Below, piece by piece: positions 27,765-38,324 of a DNA stretch of 64,000 nucleotides (position 1 is its first letter; each line of letters begins with the position of its first letter). Where the stretch lies: contig CAWIPH010000002.1 of the NCBI GenBank assembly GCA_963837955.1, forward strand, positions 4,320,001 to 4,384,000. Direction: 5' to 3'. The translations under genes and the position numbers were made by a program. The notes below the pieces were generated by a model. The model saw only the letters and a program-made list of their open reading frames with translations. It was not told the origin of the DNA and did not search any database. This DNA is from an uncultured Verrucomicrobiae bacterium (GTDB taxonomy: Bacteria > Verrucomicrobiota > Verrucomicrobiia > Chthoniobacterales > JAFAMB01).

Positions 27765-30700
27765 TCAATTCTTTTTGTCTGACAGTGAATGAGGCCTCGA
27801 GCCGCCCAACTTTTCTACTAAACAGAAACTCACGGGAACTAGAAACACGGCCAGGAGACTCGCCGCCAACATCCCTCCGATGACGGTTGTACCCATCACC
27901 TGTCGGGCGACAGCTCCGGATCCTGAAGCTGTCCAGAGTGGCACGCACCCGAGGATGAAGGCGAAAGATGTCATCAAAATCGGGCGGAGACGCAACCGCG
28001 CTCCCGTCAAAGCCGCCTCCACCAGCGGTGTTCCGCGCTCGAATTCCGCTTTAGCGAATTCCACGATCAAAATTGCGTTTTTCGCGACTAATCCAATGAT
28101 CATCACCAAGCCAATTTGGGCATAAACGTTGTTCTCAATCTGAACGAGAGACGGTGAGAGAACTGCTCCGGTAACTACCCTTCGCAGATAAAGCATCGCG
28201 AAGGCTCCAAAAACCGCAATCGGGGTACTCAGTAAAACGCTGAAAGGAAGCGACCAGCTTTCATAAAGTGCCGCCAGGATAAGAAAAACAAACAACAGGG
28301 AAAATCCGAAGATCATGGCAGGAGGCACCCCTCTTTGGGCCAGTTTCTCCTGGAAAGACATTCCGAGATAGTCGTAGCCCATTTCTGGTGGCATCGTCGC
28401 GGCAAAGACTTCTTCGAGCGCATTCATCGCCTGTTGGGAGGTGTAACCTGTTGCCGGCGTAGCGTTAATTTGCGCGCAACTGTACAGGTTGTAACGCATC
28501 GTGAACTCGGGCCCAGTACGGCGCTCCAGCCGCGTGAGACCGCTCAACGGAACCATCTGCTGGCTGTTGTTGCGGACGTAAAACTGTCCAAGGTTATCAA
28601 GATTTGCTCTGTATTCGCCCTCCGCTTGCACATAGACCTGCCATTCTCGGCCGAAACGGTTGAAATAGTTAATAAATGAGCCGCCCATGAATGTTTGAAT
28701 CGTCTGGTACACATCGCTGATGGCGACTCCCTGTTTCAAAGCTCGCTCCTGATCCACGTCAATGTAGACTTGCGGTACGCTAGGCTGGAAGGTCGTATTC
28801 AATTGGGCCAATTCAGGACGTTTCCGAGCCGCATTCAAGAATGCGATCACGCTGTTCGACAAAAGATCTGGATCACCGCCCGAACGGTCTTCCAAAACGA
28901 ACGTGATGTCGCCGGACGTCCCAGCCCCTGGGATCGCCGGAGGTGAAAAAGCGAACGCCGTACCCTCAGGCATCTGGACCAGGGTGCGATTCAATCGCAA
29001 TTTGATTTCTGAATAGAGTTCGTCCCTCTGTCTGCGATCTCCCCACGGCTTAAGCGTCACGAAGAAAAATCCGCTGTACGTGCTTTGCACTCCGCTCAAA
29101 AGACTGGAGCCGATCGTGGTCGTCACGTACCTCACACCCGGGGTCTGAGCCAGCGTAGCTTCAATTTTGCGGCAGACTTCGTCAGTTCTTTGTAAGGATG
29201 CGGCCTTCGGCAATTGCAAGTTGACGTAGAAAAACCCCTGATCTTCATCCGGCAGAAAGCCGGTTGGAACTTTTCGGCCGAATAGGAACGCCGCAGCGCA
29301 AAAGCCGAGTAATACGATCAGCGCGAGTCCGGTTCTCCGAATTAATAAACCGGAAACCCGCACATAACCTCGAGTGGCAACTTCGAACATATGGTTGAAC
29401 CAATCGAAGAACTTTCCCAGTAATCCTCGGTTAGCGGGGCGAGGTTTCAGCAGAAGGGCACATAAGGCCGGGCTGAGCGTCAGCGCGTTAAAAGCCGAAA
29501 TCAGAACGGAGATTGCGATGGTCACCGCAAATTGCTGGTAAAGACGTCCTGTTATCCCCGGGATGAAAGCGGTCGGTACGAAAACGGATGCAAGGACCAG
29601 AGCAACACCGATCACCGGACCGGTGATCTCTTTCATTGCCTTCCTGGTTGCATCCTTGGGCGAAAGTCCGTCATGAATATGCCGCTCGACCGCCTCTACG
29701 ACTACGATTGCATCATCGACTACCAGGCCTATGGCCAGGACCAACCCGAACAAGGAAAGCGTGTTGATCGAAAACCCGAGCAGAGGGAAGAAAAGAAATG
29801 TACCGACGAGCGAAACCGGAACGGCAACAAGCGGAACCAGGGTAGCGCGCCAACTTTGGAGGAACAGGTAAACCACCAGGATGACCAACCCTATGGCTTC
29901 CACGAGCGTAGCAATCATTTCGTGGATACCTGCGATAACAGGCTCGGTAGTATCTAGTGAGATTACATAATCCACGCCCCGAGGGAAACGCTGCTTCATC
30001 GTTTCTAACAGTCTTTTGACCCCTTGTGCTGCCGCTAACGCGTTCGTACCCGGAAGCTGGTAGACTGAGATGACCGCTGCAGGTTTGCTGTCAAACCGGC
30101 CCCGTGTGTTGTAGGTCTGCGCTCCCAGTTCCACTCGAGCCACATCCCGTAGCTTTACGGCACTTCCGTCCGGCTGTTCTCGAATGATAATTTCTCCGAA
30201 TTCCTCGGGTTTAACCAGACGACCCTGCGAACGAGCAGCGTAGGTATACTCCTGTCCGATTGGCACAGGCTCACCTCCGACTTGTCCCGCCGAATTGACG
30301 GTATTCTGTGCTTGGACCGCACTGACAATATCCGGAACAGTCAAACCGAAGTTAGCTAGCTGGTCAGGTTTCAACCATAACCGCATCGCGTACTCGCCAG
30401 CACCAGAAATCTGCACGCTGGAAATGCCTCGTACCCGGGTCAAGGCATCGTTCAGATTGATATAGGCATAGTTAGATAGGAAGAGCGCGTCCCTGCTCTC
30501 ATCTGGCGAGCGGAGCGCTATTACCATGAGGGGAGCGGAAAATGATTTTTGTACCGTGACTCCAAGATCGGTGACAGCGGCTGGCAGCTGAGATGATGCC
30601 TGCGTCTGTCGCATCTGCACGAGGATCTGGTCGGTATTGGGATCGGTATTTAAGTCGAAGTTAATTGTTAACACCATCTGCCCGCTATTGGCGTTGACCG

Positions 30701-30938
30701 AGTACATGTAGTTCATGTTGTCAACGCCACTCATCTGCTGCTCGATGGGAGTAGCCACAGATTGCTCAATGGTCCGCGCATCGGCTCCCACGTATGAGGC
30801 AGAAACCACCGTCTCGGGTGGTACAATTTCCGGGAACAACGAGACCGGGAGAATCAGCATCGATAGAGCACCAATGATCAATGTCACCAGCGAGATAACG
30901 ATAGCCAATATGGGCCGGTTAATAAAAAAATTGGACAT
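27765..30938 (-). CDS. RND efflux permease (HAE1/AcrB family), copy 2
   Basis: Motifs MSNFFINRPI.A.V, GLVVDDAIVVVE, AKNAILIVEFA and RLRPILMTS. Confidence 0.95.
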   Translation of the reverse strand: MSNFFINRPILAIVISLVTLIIGALSMLILPVSLFPEIVPPETVVSASYVGADARTIEQSVATPIEQQMSGVDNMNYMYSVNANSGQMVLTINFDLNTDPNTDQILVQMRQTQASSQLPAAVTDLGVTVQKSFSAPLMVIALRSPDESRDALFLSNYAYINLNDALTRVRGISSVQISGAGEYAMRLWLKPDQLANFGLTVPDIVSAVQAQNTVNSAGQVGGEPVPIGQEYTYAARSQGRLVKPEEFGEIIIREQPDGSAVKLRDVARVELGAQTYNTRGRFDSKPAAVISVYQLPGTNALAAAQGVKRLLETMKQRFPRGVDYVISLDTTEPVIAGIHEMIATLVEAIGLVILVVYLFLQSWRATLVPLVAVPVSLVGTFLFFPLLGFSINTLSLFGLVLAIGLVVDDAIVVVEAVERHIHDGLSPKDATRKAMKEITGPVIGVALVLASVFVPTAFIPGITGRLYQQFAVTIAISVLISAFNALTLSPALCALLLKPRPANRGLLGKFFDWFNHMFEVATRGYVRVSGLLIRRTGLALIVLLGFCAAAFLFGRKVPTGFLPDEDQGFFYVNLQLPKAASLQRTDEVCRKIEATLAQTPGVRYVTTTIGSSLLSGVQSTYSGFFFVTLKPWGDRRQRDELYSEIKLRLNRTLVQMPEGTAFAFSPPAIPGAGTSGDITFVLEDRSGGDPDLLSNSVIAFLNAARKRPELAQLNTTFQPSVPQVYIDVDQERALKQGVAISDVYQTIQTFMGGSFINYFNRFGREWQVYVQAEGEYRANLDNLGQFYVRNNSQQMVPLSGLTRLERRTGPEFTMRYNLYSCAQINATPATGYTSQQAMNALEEVFAATMPPEMGYDYLGMSFQEKLAQRGVPPAMIFGFSLLFVFLILAALYESWSLPFSVLLSTPIAVFGAFAMLYLRRVVTGAVLSPSLVQIENNVYAQIGLVMIIGLVAKNAILIVEFAKAEFERGTPLVEAALTGARLRLRPILMTSFAFILGCVPLWTASGSGAVARQVMGTTVIGGMLAASLLAVFLVPVSFCLVEKLGGSRPHSLSDKKN

Positions 30939-30948
30939 GCTGACTCAG

Positions 30949-33900
30949 TTAATTTTCTGTATCTGCCGCGGCTCTGCCGTGGGCCGCGCCTGCATTCTTG
31001 GTCGGCCGGAGAATCTTGATGCGGCTGCGGATTGAGTCCGCTAGCCCTTCCACCATACAGAAGCCAGCTGGAATAAAGAAAGTTGCTACCAGACTCGCGG
31101 CCAGCATCCCACCGATTACGGCTGTCCCCATCACTTGCCGGGCCACAGCTCCGGATCCCGAAGCAAAGGCCAATGGCACGCAACCGGCAACGAAAGCGAG
31201 CGATGTCATCAAGATTGGCCGGAAACGAAGTTTCGCGCCCGCCAAGGCGGCTGCGACGAGTGTGTTTCCTTTCTTTCTTTCTGCTTCGGCGAATTCTACG
31301 ATCAAGATCGCGTTTTTGGCGGCTAAGCCGATAATCATCACGAGCCCGATCTGGGCATAGACATTATTCTCAATCTGCAACAGGATCGGCGGCAGAAAGG
31401 CTGAAGCCACGCTTCGACGCAGATAGAGCGCTCCTAACGTTCCAAAGACGGCGATCGGGGTGCTGAGCAATACGCTGATCGGAAGAGACCAGCTTTCGTA
31501 GAGCGCAGCCAGAATCAGGAAAACAAACAACAAGGAGAATCCAAAGATAATGATTGGAGGCGTGCCTTCCTGTGCTCTTTTCTCCTGAAAAGACATCCCC
31601 AGGTAATCATACCCTATTTGAGCCGGCATCGTCTGGGCGAAGACGCTCTCCAGTGCCTGCATCGCCTGCGCCGAACTAAACCCAGGTGCAGGAATCGCTT
31701 GCATCTGGGCACTCCGGTACAGGTTGTACCGCAGCGTAAATTCCGGGTTAAAGCGCCGTTCGACGCCGGTTAACTCCGCTAGTGGCACCGCTTGGCCCTT
31801 GCTGTTCCGAACGTGGTACCAGCCGACCTGGTCAACGTTCGTTCGAAAGTCCCCATCTGCTTGCACGTACACCTGCCATTGCCGACCAAAACGCGTGAAA
31901 TAGTTGACAAAGGTCCCTCCCAGGAAGGTCTGCAGAGTATTGTATATGTCTTTAAGCGCGACGCCCTGCTTGAGGGCTTTATCACGGTCCACATTCAAAT
32001 AAATCTGCGGAACGCTGGGTAGTAACGTGGAAGTAACCCGCGCTAATTCCGGCTTTTCGCGTGCGGCTGCGAGGAAAGTGTTGACGTTTTTCGCGAGGTA
32101 CTCGGTACCCCTGTCCCCACGATCTTCCAGGACAAACGACACTCCACCCGCCACGCCAAGACCTGGGATAGCCGGTGGCGAAAAGGCAAAGACGGTGCCT
32201 TCAGGAAGAGTGATCAAGTTGAGGTTTAATCGCCCCTTCAGAATCTGGTATTGTTCCGAGATTTTTTTCCTTTTCTCCGCCGGATTTAAGGTTACGAAAA
32301 AGAATCCACTGTAACTGCTTTGGACTCCGCTGAGCAGGCTGAAGCCAGCCACCGCCGTGGTATATTCCACTCCTGGTGTTTGGGCTAGAATACCTTCCAC
32401 CTTTCGGCAAATTTCATCCGTACGTTGGAGTGAAGCAGCGTTGGGAAGCTGCAAATTAATGTAGAAAAACCCCTGATCTTCATCCGGCAAAAAACTCGTT
32501 GGCAACTTCTGGCCAAAAAACAGGGCTAAGCCGGCGAACAGCACCAGGAACACGAGGGCAAATACTGTTCGCCGGGTGAAGATTGCCGCCACGCGAACGT
32601 ACCTCTCAGTGGTCCAATCGAAAAGCCGGTTGAACGCGCTGAAGAATCGGGTAACCGGTCCGTGGTTCTGCTTTCGAGGTCGCAGCAAGAGCGCGCATAA
32701 CGCTGGGCTTAACGTGAGGGCGTTGAAAGCAGAGAACAGCACCGACACGGCTATGGTAACGGCGAATTGCTGATAAAGCCGTCCGGTAATTCCCGGAATA
32801 AAAGCGGTCGGAACGAAAACAGACGCCAAGACCAGCGCGACCCCGATCACCGGGCCGGTGATTTCCTTCATGGCTTTGAGCGTTGCTTCTTTGGCTGAAA
32901 GTCCGTCGTGAATGTAGCGCTCGACCGCTTCAACAACCACGATCGCGTCATCGACGACTAGTCCGATTGCTAAAACCAATCCGAACAGGGAAAGAGTGTT
33001 GATCGAGAAGCCTAGCAAAGGAAAAAAGATGAAGGTGCCGACCAACGAAACCGGCACGGCCAGGAGCGGTATCAGCGTTGCTCGCCAGCTCTGCAAAAAC
33101 AAGAAAACCACCAAGGCCACCAGACCCAGCGCTTCTATTAGCGTCTTAATCATCTCGTGAATGCCAGCGGTCACCGGCTGCGTCGTATCGAGAGCAATCA
33201 CGTAGTCAAGCCCCTGCGGGAATCGCGGCTTGAGCTCCGTCAGGAGTTTCTTGACGCCCTCAGCTGCCAATAGCGAGTTCGTCCCGGGTAGCTGATAGAG
33301 CGCGATGATGGAACTCGGCTGTCCGTTCATTCGAGCTCGCGTCGAATAGACCTGGGAACCGAGTTCCAACCTGGCTAGATCTCCGAGTCGAACAGTCCCA
33401 CCCGTTGAACTCTCACGGACAACTATCTGACCAAATTGCTCGGGAGTGACCAGCGACCCGCGAGCCACCGCCATGTACGTAAATTCTTGACCACGCGGCG
33501 CCGGTTCGCCTCCCGCCATACCAACAGGATTAACGGTATTCTGCTGTTGGACGGCGCTGATTACCTCCGGCACACTGATATTGAACCGGGCCAGTTGATC
33601 AGGCTTCAACCAGATGCGGATCGCGTACTGACCAGACCCGAAGACCTGCACATTCGAAATTCCGGGAATGCGCGTGAGCTGATCATTCAGATTTATGTAA
33701 GCGTAGTTAGTAAGAAATTCCGAATCGTAGCGTCCGTCGGGCGCACGCAGCGCGATCAGCATGAGCGGAGCGGCAAATGATTTTTGAACGCTGACACCCT
33801 GAGCCACGACTTCGGGCGGAAGTTGGGCACTCGCCTGAGCCTGCCGCATCTGCGTCAGTATCTGGTCGGTTTTCGGGTCACTCGTTTCGTCGAAGTTTAC

Positions 33901-34173
33901 CCTGAGCTTCATCTGCCCGGTATTCGCGTTGAGCGAATACATGTAGTTCATTTTATCTACGCCGCTGATCTGCTGCTCAATCGGCGTTGCTACCGACTGC
34001 TCCACCGTGATCGCATCGGAGCCAGGATCGGTAGCCGACACGACAATTTCCGGTGGCGTTATATTTGGAAATAGGGATACCGGAACAAAAGCAAGAGAGA
34101 CGAGACCGACGATGATGGTGATGAGAGAGATGACGATTGCGAGAATCGGACGGCCAATAAAAAAGGCGGACAT
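30949..34173 (-). CDS. RND efflux permease (HAE1/AcrB family), copy 1
   Basis: Same motifs as copy 2. Start placed at ATG 34173 (MSAFFIGRPI). Confidence 0.95.
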   Translation of the reverse strand: MSAFFIGRPILAIVISLITIIVGLVSLAFVPVSLFPNITPPEIVVSATDPGSDAITVEQSVATPIEQQISGVDKMNYMYSLNANTGQMKLRVNFDETSDPKTDQILTQMRQAQASAQLPPEVVAQGVSVQKSFAAPLMLIALRAPDGRYDSEFLTNYAYINLNDQLTRIPGISNVQVFGSGQYAIRIWLKPDQLARFNISVPEVISAVQQQNTVNPVGMAGGEPAPRGQEFTYMAVARGSLVTPEQFGQIVVRESSTGGTVRLGDLARLELGSQVYSTRARMNGQPSSIIALYQLPGTNSLLAAEGVKKLLTELKPRFPQGLDYVIALDTTQPVTAGIHEMIKTLIEALGLVALVVFLFLQSWRATLIPLLAVPVSLVGTFIFFPLLGFSINTLSLFGLVLAIGLVVDDAIVVVEAVERYIHDGLSAKEATLKAMKEITGPVIGVALVLASVFVPTAFIPGITGRLYQQFAVTIAVSVLFSAFNALTLSPALCALLLRPRKQNHGPVTRFFSAFNRLFDWTTERYVRVAAIFTRRTVFALVFLVLFAGLALFFGQKLPTSFLPDEDQGFFYINLQLPNAASLQRTDEICRKVEGILAQTPGVEYTTAVAGFSLLSGVQSSYSGFFFVTLNPAEKRKKISEQYQILKGRLNLNLITLPEGTVFAFSPPAIPGLGVAGGVSFVLEDRGDRGTEYLAKNVNTFLAAAREKPELARVTSTLLPSVPQIYLNVDRDKALKQGVALKDIYNTLQTFLGGTFVNYFTRFGRQWQVYVQADGDFRTNVDQVGWYHVRNSKGQAVPLAELTGVERRFNPEFTLRYNLYRSAQMQAIPAPGFSSAQAMQALESVFAQTMPAQIGYDYLGMSFQEKRAQEGTPPIIIFGFSLLFVFLILAALYESWSLPISVLLSTPIAVFGTLGALYLRRSVASAFLPPILLQIENNVYAQIGLVMIIGLAAKNAILIVEFAEAERKKGNTLVAAALAGAKLRFRPILMTSLAFVAGCVPLAFASGSGAVARQVMGTAVIGGMLAASLVATFFIPAGFCMVEGLADSIRSRIKILRPTKNAGAAHGRAAADTEN

Positions 34174-34175
34174 CG

Positions 34176-35447
34176 CTAACGCCCCTGCGACGGTGTTGGC
34201 GAAGTCCAAGCCACCGGTTTGACCACGTCGCCGTCGCGAATCTTTTGCATTCCTTCGACAACGACCTGGTCACCGACTTTTAATCCATCCTCAATCACCC
34301 ACAGAGAACCTACCTTTTCACCTACTACCACTTGCCGAATCTGTGCTCGATTCCCTCCATCGACTACCGCCACCTCGTAACTCGTTTGCAACTCATTCAC
34401 CGCCCGCTGCGGCACCAGGAGAGCGCCTTGGGTATTCTTGACGGTGACCCGAACGCGAACGAACTGGCCCGGACGCAAAATATTATTCGGGTTAGAAAAC
34501 AACGCCGCCAGCCGGATGGTACCCGTCTGTTGATCCACATCCCGATCGATTGTGGCAAACTTGCCTTGAACGGGGTAGAGCGAACCATCGGCCAAAATGA
34601 TTTCAACCGGGGGAGCTAATTCTCCAGTCGTGCGTGCACTCTCAATTTTTCGCGCAAGCTTCAGGTAGTCTTGCTCGCTAATCCGCAAGTAGGCCTTGAT
34701 TGGATCGACCGTCGACATGGTCATGAGCGGCTGGGCATCATTCGGACCAACTAGATCTCCAATACCTGGATTCGCGATCCCGGTGACGCCGCTGATCGGT
34801 GCCGTGATTTTGGTGAATTGCAGATTCAACTCCGCCTGGCGCACTGCTGCCTGCTGCGCCTTTACTTCAGCTTTCGCGGCTGCATTTGATTGAACTGCGT
34901 TGTCCCGACTCTGCTGGCTTTCCACCTTTTTCTCAAAGAGCTCGGTTTCGCGTTTCTCGGTCTGCTCGGCTTGCAATTGGTTAGCCTCGGCCTGGGCTAG
35001 TGACGACTTAGCCTGTTCCAGCGCAGCCTCGTAGGTACTTGGATCGATTTGAAACAGGAGGTCGCCTTGCTGGACGACCGCGCCCTCTTTGTAGTCTTTC
35101 GAAATCAGATGGCCGGAAACGCGTGCTCGAATATCAGCGTTAACCGAGCCATCCAAAGATCCAATCCATTCACGAACCACCGGGACATCCTGCTGTGAAA
35201 CTTCCATGACGAGCACTTCCTGCGGCTGATTTAGAACCGCATTGGTAGCGGGTTTCGAACAGGCCGAGAAAAGCGCGAGAACCGCACCTAATTGCGCAAG
35301 AGCACCGGCAGAAATCAGGGATCTTAGCGGCCTTCGGAAAGTGGATAGGCGCCGGCGGATCAAACGCCAAGGTACCCTCGCTGTCGCTCGAACAGAAAGT
35401 CGTCCGACCGATTGCGCCAGCCACTTCATAAATCGCGTGTGAGGCAA
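34176..35447 (-). CDS. RND efflux periplasmic adaptor (MFP) subunit; true start probably downstream of the track start
   Basis: Motifs IRARVSG, LFQIDP, TKITAPISG, LRPGQF, LLVPQRAV and GLK.GD.VVVEG; lipobox-like LFSAC. Confidence 0.92.
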   Translation of the reverse strand: MPHTRFMKWLAQSVGRLSVRATARVPWRLIRRRLSTFRRPLRSLISAGALAQLGAVLALFSACSKPATNAVLNQPQEVLVMEVSQQDVPVVREWIGSLDGSVNADIRARVSGHLISKDYKEGAVVQQGDLLFQIDPSTYEAALEQAKSSLAQAEANQLQAEQTEKRETELFEKKVESQQSRDNAVQSNAAAKAEVKAQQAAVRQAELNLQFTKITAPISGVTGIANPGIGDLVGPNDAQPLMTMSTVDPIKAYLRISEQDYLKLARKIESARTTGELAPPVEIILADGSLYPVQGKFATIDRDVDQQTGTIRLAALFSNPNNILRPGQFVRVRVTVKNTQGALLVPQRAVNELQTSYEVAVVDGGNRAQIRQVVVGEKVGSLWVIEDGLKVGDQVVVEGMQKIRDGDVVKPVAWTSPTPSQGR

Positions 35448-35567
35448 GACTTCCGAACTTTTGAGAAGGTAGACATCCTAATGATCTCTCGGTATTTGGC
35501 TCAAGAGAGAAACAGCAAAAGTCGCAGAAACAGGGGATTGACGAAAAACCAAATGTGTCCCGCCCAA

Positions 35568-38030
35568 CTAATCGCGGCGACGAGTTCTGCCATTTCCTCC
35601 GCGCGCTGAACCACTGGAAGTCGAACCACTGGTTCGTCTCTGCTGGTAGTGCTGCTGGGCATTGGCATTTTGGGCGCCTCGTTGACGCCCAGATGCCTCG
35701 CGGTTGAGACTGTTAGTCAGTTCGTCAGAGGGTTGTTTTGTCGTGTTACCGGAATTGCTCTTTTTTCCCGCGTTATCTCGTGCATTCCCTGGAGAGGGCT
35801 TATTCTGGGCGCTTCCCGGCGTAGTGCCGCCATTTGCCCCTCTGCGATTGGTCTGTTGGCCCGGCGTAGAGGCGCCATTTGCACCCCGACCCTTGTTTTG
35901 TTGTCCCGGCGTAGATGCACTATTTGCACCCCTCTTGGGATTGGTTTGCGGGTTTTGACTGGAGAGATTGTTTTGTCCCGACTGATTTGCCTGCTTGTTC
36001 CCAGTGGGCGGATTAACCGGATTCCATTGACCGTTATTCCACTTTGACCAATCGCCGTTATCGTCGCGCTTATAAACGTTTCCGTCATGTCCGGCGTAGA
36101 GGTTATCCTGCCCTTTTACAACGCCAGTGCTGCCGTAGTTCGTCACCACGTGACCCGTTTGAATCGTTTGGTCGCCCCGGGTGATTGTGGAGGTCCCCCA
36201 TTGCGCATAGTAACCATGCCCTTGCTGGGTGCTCCATGAGGTATTGGTGCTAGGATTATAACCCCAGGCACTAGTTCTTCCGCCGTAGGGATATTGTTGC
36301 GTGTAGGCGCGGCCGTATGCACCGGTCGAAGGATTGTACCAGGCGGCGCGCCCGACTGTGCTATACGGACCATAGGCGTAGCCGCCGATCGCATAAGTGC
36401 CCACATAGGGGTAGTAGACCGCGGAAACACCATAGGTCGCATAGTAAGGACGGTAAATCGGTACCGGCCCGGGATAGATATAGGGCGGGTAGTAGTAGCC
36501 AGTTCCCCAGACCAGAGCTGCTCCCGTGGCAACTCCCGCGATGTAGGCGCCAGAATAGCCAGCTGTATAACTGCAGACGACCTCTTCCTGGTTTGATTTC
36601 TCTACTTTCACGTAGGTCACGTGATAGACCGGGCTACTGGGTGGGATCGAATAGATCGGCTCCGGCACGTCGGTCACGATCTTCCAGGGACCATTGGGTG
36701 AACTCGAGACAAACCAGACCGCGTTTAAACAAAGGTAATATTGATCGGCTAGCCGGATTACATCGGCATTCGCATTGGCCGCGTAACTTAAATCGGTGCC
36801 GGCGATCGGAACAAATTCCGGTTCACCGGTGTACTCGACCTTTGCTTTACTCTCTGCTTCAGCCCGCTTGACCACGGCAACCGTGGGAACCTGAGCAAGT
36901 AGCACCGCATCCTTCGATTCGTCCGTGCCAGGAACAGACGCTAGAACTTCGGACATCTCGCTTCCACTTGGGATCTTCGAAAAATCCTCCGGTAAGTCAT
37001 TGCCGGCGTATGTCCATGGGCCTTCCAACTTTGGAGCACGGAACCAACGCCCGGTGACCAGATAATAGAACTGTCCATCGGCCGAATCCTTAAATACCCA
37101 ACTGTTAGTGTTCGTCGCGTAGCTCAGCTGTGTCTCCTGGATTTTCTTATAAGTAGGCTCGCCGGCAAAAGCGATCAGCTCGGCCGGCTGATTCGTAAAA
37201 AAGACTTTCGGCACTTTGGAAGTTTTTGTTGTCTTGGAGGCAGCAGCTTTCTGCACGTGTTCCCAACCATCCGCCGCAGAGAGTTTAGAGAAATCCCCAG
37301 GAAGCTTTGCGGCCACGCTCCAGGTACCATCCAATGATTTCGCGGTTAACCAGGTTTGGTCGACCAGTAAGTAATATTGAGATTCGGATGGTTCGAAAAA
37401 TAGATCCCACCCGGTGTTCAGAACAAACTGAAGTTTCGAGCCCTTAATTGGAGCCAGAACCGGTTTATCGGCCACAAATAACAGGATTGCGGGTTGCGTA
37501 GTCACAAATATTACCGGTGGTTCTGTTTTCACTGGCACCGGTTTCACGTTTTCCTGGCCGGATTGCACGCTTGCGACCAAGCGGTCAAGTGAGACAGTGA
37601 GCGGCTTCCCGGGAAAATTCGATTTAAGTATCGTTTCCATCTTGGCTGCTTCGTCGTCAGACAAAGAAGGGAAACGAACGGCAACGATCTCAATGTTATT
37701 GATCAGAACAGTGCGTTTCTCGAGGTCGGTAACAGTGTCGCCTTTTAGCTCCTCTATTCCGACCGCTGGTTTTCCCCCTTTGGGAGTAAGCGTGAAGGCA
37801 ACGCGTGCCCGTAACTCTCGCAGATTTTTCCATTCATCAACTTGCGGTTGGTAATAAACAAAACGAACGCCGTTCCGATCAACTTCGCGAGGCCAGCCCG
37901 GGTCGAGCGACTTTGCTTCGGATTCTGGATAGGCTGATTTCTTTGTGGAATCCAGACAGAGCGCTGTTTTGGGCCAAAGCGGCGACAGAAGACTGCCAAC
38001 CAAGAGCGTAAAAAGGAAAGATGGTTTCAT
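35568..38030 (-). CDS. Large exported hypothetical protein with Tyr/Gly-rich region and low-complexity tail
   Basis: Signal peptide MKPSFLFTLL, GWPR.....G....YQPQVD.W, repeated W..A..L.G.W units, and NLYAGHDGNVYKR. Start placed at ATG 38030. Confidence 0.8.
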   Translation of the reverse strand: MKPSFLFTLLVGSLLSPLWPKTALCLDSTKKSAYPESEAKSLDPGWPREVDRNGVRFVYYQPQVDEWKNLRELRARVAFTLTPKGGKPAVGIEELKGDTVTDLEKRTVLINNIEIVAVRFPSLSDDEAAKMETILKSNFPGKPLTVSLDRLVASVQSGQENVKPVPVKTEPPVIFVTTQPAILLFVADKPVLAPIKGSKLQFVLNTGWDLFFEPSESQYYLLVDQTWLTAKSLDGTWSVAAKLPGDFSKLSAADGWEHVQKAAASKTTKTSKVPKVFFTNQPAELIAFAGEPTYKKIQETQLSYATNTNSWVFKDSADGQFYYLVTGRWFRAPKLEGPWTYAGNDLPEDFSKIPSGSEMSEVLASVPGTDESKDAVLLAQVPTVAVVKRAEAESKAKVEYTGEPEFVPIAGTDLSYAANANADVIRLADQYYLCLNAVWFVSSSPNGPWKIVTDVPEPIYSIPPSSPVYHVTYVKVEKSNQEEVVCSYTAGYSGAYIAGVATGAALVWGTGYYYPPYIYPGPVPIYRPYYATYGVSAVYYPYVGTYAIGGYAYGPYSTVGRAAWYNPSTGAYGRAYTQQYPYGGRTSAWGYNPSTNTSWSTQQGHGYYAQWGTSTITRGDQTIQTGHVVTNYGSTGVVKGQDNLYAGHDGNVYKRDDNGDWSKWNNGQWNPVNPPTGNKQANQSGQNNLSSQNPQTNPKRGANSASTPGQQNKGRGANGASTPGQQTNRRGANGGTTPGSAQNKPSPGNARDNAGKKSNSGNTTKQPSDELTNSLNREASGRQRGAQNANAQQHYQQRRTSGSTSSGSARGGNGRTRRRD
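35815..35935 (-). repeat. Intragenic 45-bp (15-aa) tandem repeat, about 3 copies
   Basis: CCCGGCGTAG recurs at 35815, 35860 and 35905; encodes RGAN(S/G)(A/G)(S/T)TPG. Confidence 0.85.
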
Positions 38031-38324
38031 AAGAGGGGGGAGAGATCGCGTGAAACGCTGGGCAGAAAACGGGTGTATCAGAACCAGGAGTATAAGCCTA
38101 GGGATAACCACCGGGATCAGCCTAAATTGGAGCAACTTCTGCCTCCTCCGCTCCATATGTGAAACGCCATGATGACTCCTCAAGTGACACGCATCCCCCG
38201 GGCTAGCACGATGACCGGAGTCACGGGACACCAGTCGGCTTCGTTCGTCTGCTCAGATGAATAAGCTGGTAAAATCGATGCCGGGCCCACTACGCTTGCA
38301 GCGAGAGTCGCGAGTCAGCGCTCG

